64,000 nt of DNA, taken from NCBI GenBank assembly GCA_963798445.1, contig CAWCTH010000005.1, positions 14,506 to 78,505 of the forward strand, given 5' to 3'. Each line of letters begins with the position of its first letter. Positions within the stretch are counted from its first letter, which is position 1. This document shows positions 56,025 to 64,000 of this stretch, piece after piece. The notes beneath the pieces were generated by a model that saw nothing but the letters and a program-made list of their open reading frames with translations, had not been told where the DNA came from and made no database searches. Origin of the DNA: an uncultured Acidimicrobiales bacterium. GTDB lineage: Bacteria; Actinomycetota; Acidimicrobiia; Acidimicrobiales; Ilumatobacteraceae. The position numbers and the translations under genes were made by a program.

Positions 56025-56444
56025 ATGCAAACGGAACCCTCTCAACGCGCCAGATGGGCGCCTCCACCTCACGTCGCGCCGCCAGCAGCGCTGGCGGTGG
56101 CAGACGAACGCGGCGGCGCGCCCTCGGTGTGGGTACGGGTGCTGGAGGTCCTCTTCCTCGCCGGCCTGGCCGGCGTGTTCCTGGTCAACGCCCTGATCGC
56201 CGTCCTGCAACCAGCGGACTTCACCGAACTGGTGGACAAGAGCGTGCTGGCGCAGTCGTCGGGCGTGGCGGGCGGCGATTGGATCGCCCCGCTGATCTGC
56301 GTCAACGACGTTCTCCTCGGTGTTGGCATCCTGTGTGCCATCTGGGCCCGGCATGCTGTACGGGTCGTGATCCTGGCTTGGGCCGGGTTGTGGTTCTTCG
56401 CCATCACCGCGGTCAAGGTGACGGCACTCAACAGTTTTCCCTAG
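56025..56444 (+). CDS. small (139 aa) three-TM membrane protein
   Basis: Three hydrophobic segments: 'VLEVLFLAGLAGVFLVNALIAVL', 'LICVNDVLLGVGILCAIW' and 'VVILAWAGLWFFAITAV'. It is packed between the GT2 gene and galE. Confidence 0.5.
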   Translation: MQTEPSQRARWAPPPHVAPPAALAVADERGGAPSVWVRVLEVLFLAGLAGVFLVNALIAVLQPADFTELVDKSVLAQSSGVAGGDWIAPLICVNDVLLGVGILCAIWARHAVRVVILAWAGLWFFAITAVKVTALNSFP

Positions 56445-56457
56445 AGGAGGTCGACCG

Positions 56458-57450
56458 ATGGCGGTGCTCGTCACGGGTGGAGCGGGCTACATCGGGTGTC
56501 ACACGGTCCGGGCCCTGCGCGAGCTGGGTCGCGAGGTCGTGGTCCTGGACACGCTGGAGACGGGCTACGAGGCGGCGGTCCTCGGCGCGCCCCTGGTCGT
56601 CGGCGACATCGCCGACACCGACCTGGTGCGCCAGATCGTGAAGGACCACCACGTCGACAGCGTCATCCACTTCGCCGGCTACAAGAACGCCGGCGAGTCG
56701 ATGGAGCGCCCCGGTAAGTACTTCGCCAACAACGTGGAGGGCACCGCGCGCCTGCTGCGCGCCATCGAGGGAACCGACGTGGCGTCGTTCGTGTTCTCCG
56801 GGTCGTGCTCGGTCTACGGCACGCCCGAGCAGCTACCCGTGAGCGAGGCGGCGCCGTTGCAGCCCGAGAGTCCCTACGGGCAGAGCAAGCTCATGGCCGA
56901 GCAGATGCTGCGCTGGTACGGCGAGCGCCTGGGCCTGCGCTGGGCCAGCCTCCGTTACTTCAACGCCTCGGGTGCGTCCGCCGACGCCGCCATCGGCGAG
57001 GACATCAACATCACGTTGAACCTCGTGCCGTTGGTCATGAAGGCCACGCTCGGCCTGCGTCCCCCGGTGCAGGTCTTCGGCACCGACTTCCCGACCCACG
57101 ACGGCACCGCCATCCGCGACTACATCCACGTCGAGGATCTGGCTTCCGGTCACCTCCTCGCACTGCAGCACCTCGAGGGTGGTGGACCCTCGCTGGCCGT
57201 CAACCTCGGCACCGGCACCGGCTCATCGGTGCGAGAGGTGATCGACACGACCGAGCGCATCAGCGGACGGCCCGTGCCGCACGAGTACGTGGGGCGCCGT
57301 CCCGGCGACCCGAGTGCGGTGTGGGCCGACAACCGCCTTGCCGCCGAGGTGCTGGGTTGGACGCCGTCGTTCGGGCTCGACGAGATCATCGAGTCAGCGT
57401 GGCGCTGGCACTCCACTCATCCGGAGGGCTACATGTCGGTGGGGGTGTAG
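56458..57450 (+). CDS. galE: UDP-hexose (or UDP-HexNAc) 4-epimerase
   Basis: 'VLVTGGAGYIGCH', 'SGSCSVYG', 'YGQSKLMAE' (YxxxK), 'PGDPSAVWAD'. Confidence 0.9.
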   Translation: MAVLVTGGAGYIGCHTVRALRELGREVVVLDTLETGYEAAVLGAPLVVGDIADTDLVRQIVKDHHVDSVIHFAGYKNAGESMERPGKYFANNVEGTARLLRAIEGTDVASFVFSGSCSVYGTPEQLPVSEAAPLQPESPYGQSKLMAEQMLRWYGERLGLRWASLRYFNASGASADAAIGEDINITLNLVPLVMKATLGLRPPVQVFGTDFPTHDGTAIRDYIHVEDLASGHLLALQHLEGGGPSLAVNLGTGTGSSVREVIDTTERISGRPVPHEYVGRRPGDPSAVWADNRLAAEVLGWTPSFGLDEIIESAWRWHSTHPEGYMSVGV

Positions 57451-57516
57451 AAGCCGGGCTGTTGTCAGGGTCGCGGCCCCGACCAACGCCCGTAGCCGCG
57501 CTGCTATACTGATGCT

Positions 57517-58437
57517 ATGAGCGGCGGCGGCCACGAGCTCGACCCGGTAGCACTGGGCTTGGTACCTCCTTCGGTGAACCGGAGCATGCCCGTTCGCTTG
57601 GCGCGCAAGGTGGGAAACAGCGCGATACAAGCGGCGTGGACACCAGTCGTGCGCCTTGGTGCGCATTCCGGACCCAAGTCCGTTTCGGCAATGGTGCGGG
57701 TGAAGAACGAAGAGGAGTACTTGCTCGCCGCGGTGCTGTCGATCATCGACGTGGTCGATGAGGTCGTCATCGTGGACAATGACAGCAGCGACTCGACGCC
57801 CGAGATCATCGCCGGCTTGGTTCGCTCGCACCCGGGCAAGGTTCGCCCGCTCCAGTACCGCCATGACGTGGCCCGGTATGGGGAGGAGAACCGTCAGCTC
57901 GGCTCCACGTTCCGGGGCCGCCGCTCGCCGCGCTTGCTGGCCAACTTCTACAACTGGTCGATGGCGCAGTGCTCACACGATTTCGTCTTGAAGTGGGACG
58001 GCGACACCATCGCCACCGATGTGTTCCGGGCGGAAATGCCCGAGTTCAAGCAGTCGTCGAAACAAGCGCTCTGGGTTACAGGCATCAATCTGCACCCGAA
58101 CGGTACACACCTCGTTCGAGGGATCCCGCGTGAACCCATCGAGCCGCGGTTGGTGTACCGGCGCTTTGCCAAGTACACCAACTACATGGGTTACTGCGAG
58201 GGTCTCGAGTCCCCCTACATCCAGCGTTTCACCGAGTACTCAGAATTTGTCGAGGCGCCGTCGTACATCCACATGAAATACTGCAAGCGCAATCGCTACC
58301 AGCACATGTCGCCCGACCTCCAGCAGATGGTGGTCGACTATCAGGCTGATGAGGTCGGCGAGCCACTCGATCCGGCGCTCCTGCGAGAGGTGCGCGCCTT
58401 GAACCTGGTCGAGCTGGGTTCCGACCCGGGACGCTGA
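57517..58437 (+). CDS. GT2-like glycosyltransferase (start uncertain)
   Basis: 'VSAMVRVKNEEEYLLAAVLSIIDVVDEVVIVDNDSSDSTPEII' and 'KWDGDTIA' (DxD-like). More A/T-ending codons are visible than in neighbouring genes. Confidence 0.6.
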   Translation: MSGGGHELDPVALGLVPPSVNRSMPVRLARKVGNSAIQAAWTPVVRLGAHSGPKSVSAMVRVKNEEEYLLAAVLSIIDVVDEVVIVDNDSSDSTPEIIAGLVRSHPGKVRPLQYRHDVARYGEENRQLGSTFRGRRSPRLLANFYNWSMAQCSHDFVLKWDGDTIATDVFRAEMPEFKQSSKQALWVTGINLHPNGTHLVRGIPREPIEPRLVYRRFAKYTNYMGYCEGLESPYIQRFTEYSEFVEAPSYIHMKYCKRNRYQHMSPDLQQMVVDYQADEVGEPLDPALLREVRALNLVELGSDPGR

Positions 58438-58470
58438 AGGGAAGCGACTCGGCGTCGGGCGCCGGCGCCG

Positions 58471-59490
58471 TCAGGGACGAGGAGGTGATGATGCCGGCTC
58501 GAGCGGCCGAGCCGGCTCGGCATCGGCGATCGCCGCGCTCTTGAAGCGGAGGCTTCTCCGGTCGATGGGCAGCCTCAAACCGACCCGCGCCCCTTTGATC
58601 AGATATTGAACCCGGCCGAGGATGGGGGACACGCTCCTCTCGCGGATGCTCTTGACGATCGGCGGAATGAGCGAGCCGTACACGCCCCGCGCCAACGACG
58701 CGAGAACCACAGGATGGCCGGCGCGCGCGAGTTTGGTGTGCGCCGCCGCCGTGCCGAGCATGTAACCGCGGATCAACCCCCGCCCCTCGGCGTGCGTTCG
58801 GAACCCGAAGTGGATGACCGTCACCGCCTTGCAGTGCCGGACGTGATGCCTCATCAAGAGCATGCGAAGAGCGAGGTCGTGCTCCTCTGCGCTCTTCAAC
58901 GGCGCTCCCGCGCCGAGCTCTTCATCGAAGCCACCGAGGTCCAGGGCGACGGAGCGCCGCACCCCGATCGACGCGCCGATCCCGTACCGCGGGTCGTAGG
59001 CAAAGCACCGGGTGACCGTTCGCTCCCTCGGCAGGACGCTCTCGGGGATGAAGCCCCCGCAGGGTTCACGGTCGGCGGCGGCGACGTCACCGAACACGTA
59101 GCCGATGTCGTTGCTGGCCGCCAGCTCCTCCGACATGGCGGTGACCCACTTGGCGGGGACCTGGCAGTCATCGTCGGTCATCAGAACGAACTCGCCGTGA
59201 GCCAGCTGCAGCCCGATGTTCCGAGCCCGACTGAGGCCTTTCGTCCTACTACGCACGTAGCGGATGCGAGTGTCGTCGATCGACGCAACAAAATCCTTGG
59301 ACGCGTCCTCGGCGCTCTGGTCGATCACGATCAGCTCGAAGTCGGCATCGTTTTGCAGGATCGAGGTGAGTGCGACCGGTAGATCCTCAGGTCGGTCCCG
59401 CGTGCACACCACCACGCTGACCTCAGATGTGTGCGCACCCGCCGCCGCTCCCGACTGCATTTGCAGCATTATAGGAGAAAAATGGCCCAT
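58471..59490 (-). CDS. GT2-family glycosyltransferase
   Basis: 'VSVVVCTRDRPEDL', 'LIVIDQSAEDAS', 'GLSRARNIG', 'VLMTDDDC'. The start could be any of three in-frame ATGs at 59490, 59469 and 59460. Confidence 0.8.
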   Translation of the reverse strand: MGHFSPIMLQMQSGAAAGAHTSEVSVVVCTRDRPEDLPVALTSILQNDADFELIVIDQSAEDASKDFVASIDDTRIRYVRSRTKGLSRARNIGLQLAHGEFVLMTDDDCQVPAKWVTAMSEELAASNDIGYVFGDVAAADREPCGGFIPESVLPRERTVTRCFAYDPRYGIGASIGVRRSVALDLGGFDEELGAGAPLKSAEEHDLALRMLLMRHHVRHCKAVTVIHFGFRTHAEGRGLIRGYMLGTAAAHTKLARAGHPVVLASLARGVYGSLIPPIVKSIRERSVSPILGRVQYLIKGARVGLRLPIDRRSLRFKSAAIADAEPARPLEPASSPPRP

Positions 59491-59521
59491 GAAGCCGTGC
59501 CGATGACGGCGATACACTTTT

Positions 59522-60343
59522 TTGGTGCGGTTGCTGGACGGAATGAGGCGGGTGGCTCGGCGAGCGGGTGTGAGACGGGCCCAGGTGGTCACCGCCCGCA
59601 CCTACGCCGAGCGGAGCGTTCTGTCCTGGTCAGGCCGTCGGCACGGGGCGCGAGCCAGCGGGATGCGAGGACGCATCCTTTGCTACCACTCGATCGGCCA
59701 GTCGGGCTACGGCATAAATGACGTCCGGCCCCATCGCTTCCGACATCACCTGGAGGTCGCCCTGACGGCGGGCTACCGCTTCGTACCAGCGGTGGTGATC
59801 GCACGAGGCGAGGGCTTCTCCATGGACCTCGCCGTGACGTTCGACGACGGGTTGACCAGCGTCCTGGACACCGCGGTCCCCATCCTGCAGGACCTGAAGA
59901 TTCCAGCCGAATGCTTCGTCGTGACGTCGTGGGCCGATCACGACTCCGACTGGTCCCGCAGCAACGCGCTGGACTGGGGTGGTGTGGTAGCGCTCCGCGA
60001 TGCCGGCGTCGAAATAGGGAGCCATTCGCTCACCCATCCCGACTTCGGAGTCCTGGCGATGGCCGACGCTCGCGAGCAGCTCGCCACGTCGAAGGACATC
60101 CTCGAGCAACGGCTCGGCGCTCCGATCACGGACTTTGCGATCCCGTTCGGCCAGTCAGGCAACTGGGGCACGACGCTGACCGCCCTCGCACGAGAGGTGG
60201 GCTACGACGCCGTCTACGCGCAGTCCGAGCACCGGCGGCCCCCCGAGACCACCGCTCGGACGTTCATCACGTCCGTGGACAACGAGCGGCGTTTCCTCGC
60301 CGCTGTCCGGGGCGCGTTCGACGGCTGGGAGGAATGGGTTTGA
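59522..60343 (+). CDS. polysaccharide deacetylase family (CE4/NodB) protein
   Basis: 'ILCYHSI', 'AVTFDDGLTS' (TFDDG motif), 'EIGSHSLTHPD' (H-x4-H). The exact start is uncertain. Confidence 0.75.
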   Translation: MVRLLDGMRRVARRAGVRRAQVVTARTYAERSVLSWSGRRHGARASGMRGRILCYHSIGQSGYGINDVRPHRFRHHLEVALTAGYRFVPAVVIARGEGFSMDLAVTFDDGLTSVLDTAVPILQDLKIPAECFVVTSWADHDSDWSRSNALDWGGVVALRDAGVEIGSHSLTHPDFGVLAMADAREQLATSKDILEQRLGAPITDFAIPFGQSGNWGTTLTALAREVGYDAVYAQSEHRRPPETTARTFITSVDNERRFLAAVRGAFDGWEEWV

Positions 60344-61461
60344 CCCGCGGGGGCGAAGTGCGCCGAGTGGCCTTCCTCTGTGCGTCCGGCGGCATCGGGG
60401 GCGTCGAGCGTGTCGTGTGCAACCTGGCTCGGACGCTCGCCGAGCACGGCGATCAGGTGACCGTCACCTTCGCGGCCGCTGAGGCCGACCAGCGGCTGCT
60501 CGCATGGTGCCGGGACCACGGTGTGGAGGCCCACCTCGACGATGCCGTGCTGCCCGGTCATGCCGCGCACTCATGGGAGGCGGTCGCAGCGCTGGCGCGG
60601 TACGTACGCCGGCTCGATCCCGACGTGGTGAACATCCACTACGGCGACAACTACATCTCGGTGAAGGACGTGATCGGTCTGCGTCTGTCTGGGCGCCGCC
60701 GGATCGTCGCCTCGGTGCACCATCCAACACCATGGACGCCTGCGGCGCGCCGGCGGCGTCAGATGACACGAGCGTCCGCCATGCTGGTTGACGACGTCAC
60801 GACGTTCTCGAATGCAACCAAACGGGTCATGCTTGACGCGGGGATCTCGGCCGACCACGTGACGGCGTTGCCCTGCGGCGTGCGGCCACCGGCCGGTGTC
60901 GACCGCGATACGGCGCGGAAGCGGCTCGAGATCGAAGCCGACACCTTCGTCATCGCCACCCTTGGTCGGCTCGCCCCCCACAAGGGCACCATGGAGCTGA
61001 TCCGGGCCGTTTCCCAGGTTCCCTTGCCGTGCGTGCTGCTGGTCGGGGGAGACGGCCCCGGCCGGGCGCCGCTGGAGCAACTCGCCGCAGAGCTGGCGCC
61101 ATCGAAGATCCGCTTCCTCGGACACGTCGACGACGCCGATGAGCTTCTTGCCGCCTGTGACGTGTTCGCGTTGCCGAGCCATCTGGAAGGCTTCGGTCTC
61201 GTCTTCATCGAGGCGGCGATGCACGGCGTGCCGAGCATCGGCGCTGACGTCGGCGGGGTGAGTGAGGCCATCCATCACGGCGAGACCGGGCTCCTGGTTC
61301 CGGCGCGCGATGTACACGCACTCGTCGAGGCGCTCACCACGATGAGCGACCCCTCGACGCGGCGCATGATGGGCGACGCCGCTCGGGCGCGGGCTTTGGA
61401 ACACTTCACCGACCAGGTGATGGGTGAGAAGTTCATCGACCTGATCGAGGAGACGTCATGA
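60334..61461 (+). CDS. GT4-family (GT-B) glycosyltransferase
   Basis: 'VAFLCASGGIGGVERVV' and 'PSHLEGFGLVFIEAAMHGVPSIGADVGGVSEAI'. The start is either ATG 60334 or a GTG about 24 nt downstream. Confidence 0.8.
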   Translation: MGLTRGGEVRRVAFLCASGGIGGVERVVCNLARTLAEHGDQVTVTFAAAEADQRLLAWCRDHGVEAHLDDAVLPGHAAHSWEAVAALARYVRRLDPDVVNIHYGDNYISVKDVIGLRLSGRRRIVASVHHPTPWTPAARRRRQMTRASAMLVDDVTTFSNATKRVMLDAGISADHVTALPCGVRPPAGVDRDTARKRLEIEADTFVIATLGRLAPHKGTMELIRAVSQVPLPCVLLVGGDGPGRAPLEQLAAELAPSKIRFLGHVDDADELLAACDVFALPSHLEGFGLVFIEAAMHGVPSIGADVGGVSEAIHHGETGLLVPARDVHALVEALTTMSDPSTRRMMGDAARARALEHFTDQVMGEKFIDLIEETS

Positions 61462-62471
61462 CGGAGGCGGCCCCGCAGGAGGCGGCGGCGCCGATCTTGT
61501 CGGTCACGATCCTCAACTACAACTACGCGCGCTTCATCGAGACGGCGCTTGACTCCGTGTTGAAGCAGACGCTCCGAGACATGGAGGTCATCGTCGTCAA
61601 CGACGGCTCGACGGACAACTCGCTGGACGTCATCAAGCCCTATCTCGAGGACGCTCGCGTTCGACTCATCGATCACGATCCGAACCGGGGTGCGATCGAG
61701 TCTCTCATCCACGGGGCCGAGAAGTCGAGGGGGAAGTATCTCACCGTCGTCTCCGCTGACGACTGGGTGGTGGCCGACGATGCCTTCGAGCGGCAGGTCT
61801 CCATGCTGGAAGCGCGGCCGGACGCCGCCTTCGCCTTCGGGTCCTTCGGGATCTACTTCGACGAGGAGCACCTCGACGGCATCGTGCGCCCGACGCCGTC
61901 GACGGGCTATATGGACGGCCTCCACGCGCTGGAGCGCATCTTGCTCGGCGACGCCCTTCATCACAGTGGGACGGTCATCCGCAGCACCTCCTACCGCGCC
62001 GTGGGCGGGTATCGACGCGACATCCGGTTCGCGTTCGACACGCGCATGTGGATCGACCTGTGCTCGGTGGGAGGCGCCATCTCCATCGACGACGAATTGA
62101 ACGCCTACCGGCAGCACGGATCGAACATGACGGCCAGTGCCGTCACCGCGCAACAGAGCATCTTGGAGAAGTTCCGGATGGTGGATGACGCCGTCGTCAC
62201 GCTTCACCGTGGCGGTCATCCCGACGCCGACCGCATTGCGGCTCGTGCCCTCCGCAAAACGGGCTCGGAATGGATGATCCAATACCTGTTCCAGCGCGAC
62301 GACCTCCGGACGGCATGGCGCTACTTCATCGCCGCCGTACGTGTCCGGCCGTTGGTGACGATCGTGCAGGTGCCCACGGCCAAGCTGCTGGCTCGGACGT
62401 TGCTCGGCCGCTTGCTGTACGAATGCATGCGAACGCTGCCACGACCTCGTTCCCTCCTGACCCGACGATGA
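61458..62471 (+). CDS. GT2-family glycosyltransferase
   Basis: The start overlaps the previous stop (ATGA). 'LSVTILNYNYARFIETALDSVLKQT', 'VIVVNDGSTDNS', 'VVSADDW'. Confidence 0.85.
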   Translation: MTEAAPQEAAAPILSVTILNYNYARFIETALDSVLKQTLRDMEVIVVNDGSTDNSLDVIKPYLEDARVRLIDHDPNRGAIESLIHGAEKSRGKYLTVVSADDWVVADDAFERQVSMLEARPDAAFAFGSFGIYFDEEHLDGIVRPTPSTGYMDGLHALERILLGDALHHSGTVIRSTSYRAVGGYRRDIRFAFDTRMWIDLCSVGGAISIDDELNAYRQHGSNMTASAVTAQQSILEKFRMVDDAVVTLHRGGHPDADRIAARALRKTGSEWMIQYLFQRDDLRTAWRYFIAAVRVRPLVTIVQVPTAKLLARTLLGRLLYECMRTLPRPRSLLTRR

Positions 62472-62510
62472 TCCCGAGAGTCGGGCTGTGATCGCGCTGG
62501 TACGGTTCCG

Positions 62511-63998
62511 TTGACGGCGGTGGATGAAGCTCCGGGTCCGCCGCGCCGGTCGGTGGGCAAGAACGTTGTCGCCCTCTTCTTCTCGCAGACGGTCACATGG
62601 ATCCTGTCGACGATCCTGGTCTCCACCCTCCCCCGCTTTCTCGGTCCGACGAGCATCGGTCAACTGAGAATCGGAGGATCGGTCTGGACGATGGTGACGG
62701 TGCTCGCCGGCTTCGGTACCGCCAGCCTCGTACCCATCGAGGTCGCCCGTCGCCCGCGGACGGCCGCCGCGCTGAAGCGACAGGTCATTCGCCTTCGGCT
62801 CGTCGTCGTGGCGCTCCTCATTCCGTTCGTCGTCGCCTACGTGGTGGCGATCGGGTTCGACCGGCAACTGGCGGAGCTGAGTGCACTCCTCGGTGTCTCG
62901 GCGATCATCGGGATCGTGGCCGGAGCATCGGGCGTGGTCCTGCACGGCCTGCAGGAGATGGGGGTGATCTCGCGGACGGACATCATCTGCGAGTTGGTGC
63001 TTGTCTCACTGACGATCATCGTCGTGGTCCTCGGCGGCGGCGCCTATGGCGTGGTGTACGTCTCGATCGTCGTCTCCCTGCTCGGTCTGTTGATGCTCCG
63101 CAGAGCTCTCGGTAATCGTCTCACCGGTGAGCAGGCACCAGCGCACTACACCGGTCGCGGCCTCCTCCGCGCCAGCGTCGTCTTCCTGTGGGCCGAAGCG
63201 TCGCTCGTGATCTATCAGCAGATCGACACCGTCGTGATGTCGGCCCTCGTGGACTCCGAGACCATTGGTTGGTACGGAACCGCCGACGTCCTGTTCGGCT
63301 CTCTGCTGTTTGTACCGGTGATCGTGACGACGTCGCTCTTCCCGGCGATCGCCCACCTCCACCATCGCGCCCCGGAAGAAGTTGCCGGGCTCTTGCAGCG
63401 GACGTTCCGGCTCTTGCTCCTCATTTCCGTGCCGGTCGGTCTCGGCACGATCATCGTCAGCAAGGACTTCGTGCTTTTGCTCTATGGACAGGACTTCGCC
63501 GGAGCGATCCCAGTGTTGCGCGTGTTCGGTGTCGTGACGATCCTGTCCTCCATCACCATTCTGCTCGGACGATTTGCCCTCGCCACGGAACGGGCGCGCT
63601 ACTGGTCTCTGCTCGTGGTCGTTGCGATCCTTGCGTCCATCGCCCTCGACCTCGTGCTGGTTCCGTGGACGGACCAGCAGTACGGCAATGGTGCCATCGG
63701 TGGCGGTCTGTCGTACGTCGTCACGGAGAGCATGATGGTGATCGCAGGTGTCATCGGCATAGCGCCGAGACTGCTCGACCGGGTCACGAGGACGCGGATC
63801 GTAAAGTGTGTGCTTGCCGGCGCCGCGATGCTCGCCGTCGGGTGGCCGCTGCGGAACATGTTCTTCGTGGTCTCGGGTGCCGCTTCGGTCATGGCGTACG
63901 TCGTTGTCCTCGTCGTGCTCTCGACTCTGGATCCATGGGAGCGCGAGCAGGTCGGCTCCGTGGTGCGGCGGGTGACCGCACGCATCCGTCGATCCTGA
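62511..63998 (+). CDS. second Wzx-type oligosaccharide flippase (MOP superfamily)
   Basis: 495 aa, polytopic. 'GKNVVALFFSQTVTWILSTILVSTLPRFLGPTSIGQL'. TTG 62511 or GTG 62520 could be the start. Confidence 0.8.
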   Translation: MTAVDEAPGPPRRSVGKNVVALFFSQTVTWILSTILVSTLPRFLGPTSIGQLRIGGSVWTMVTVLAGFGTASLVPIEVARRPRTAAALKRQVIRLRLVVVALLIPFVVAYVVAIGFDRQLAELSALLGVSAIIGIVAGASGVVLHGLQEMGVISRTDIICELVLVSLTIIVVVLGGGAYGVVYVSIVVSLLGLLMLRRALGNRLTGEQAPAHYTGRGLLRASVVFLWAEASLVIYQQIDTVVMSALVDSETIGWYGTADVLFGSLLFVPVIVTTSLFPAIAHLHHRAPEEVAGLLQRTFRLLLLISVPVGLGTIIVSKDFVLLLYGQDFAGAIPVLRVFGVVTILSSITILLGRFALATERARYWSLLVVVAILASIALDLVLVPWTDQQYGNGAIGGGLSYVVTESMMVIAGVIGIAPRLLDRVTRTRIVKCVLAGAAMLAVGWPLRNMFFVVSGAASVMAYVVVLVVLSTLDPWEREQVGSVVRRVTARIRRS

Positions 63999-64000
63999 GA

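Overview
High-GC, actinobacterium-like chromosomal segment, densely coding on both strands. I saw no rRNA, CRISPR array, transposase or integrase. All family assignments come from motif recognition by eye, not from searches.

**Left part (1-13 kb): catabolic and transport genes**
- Amidohydrolase, an internally deleted P450 remnant and a SnoaL-like protein.
- A thiolase/DUF35 pair, two paralogous FadR-type GntR regulators and two SDRs.
- A split LLM oxidoreductase.
- A three-gene ABC importer with a candidate operator/promoter upstream.

**Middle part (13.6-35 kb): conserved housekeeping block**
- A tRNA-Arg(CCG) and a secreted protein with three repeats plus an HExxH domain.
- The classical actinobacterial block argS-lysA-hom-thrC-rho-rpmE-prfA-prmC. 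A P450 is inserted after lysA and thrB is absent.
- bfd-bfr, an array of six GC-rich hairpin repeats, an S9 peptidase, a thiolase-like gene and glyA.

**Right part (35-64 kb): large Wzx/Wzy-type cell-envelope glycan locus**
- It starts at a WecA-type initiating transferase.
- Wzy/ligase-like protein and a Wzz-like protein fused to a BY-kinase-like domain with degenerate Walker motifs and an acidic, Tyr-bearing repeat tail.
- Five GT4 and four GT2 transferases, and a membrane-anchored clan GH-A hydrolase.
- Two Wzx flippases and a GT-C-like membrane protein.
- A WecB/DegT/Gfo-Idh-MocA/LbH module expected to make a 2,3-diacetamido sugar.
- A CE4 deacetylase, polyprenyl-P-type GT2, small membrane protein and GalE module resembling the Arn and mycobacterial PpgS amino-sugar decoration pathways.

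**Sequence-quality caveat**
- About 15 conserved genes or gene segments in the left 30 kb are broken by shifts that each look like a single extra C or G.
- None is seen in the right 34 kb.
- I interpret these as consensus errors until shown otherwise.
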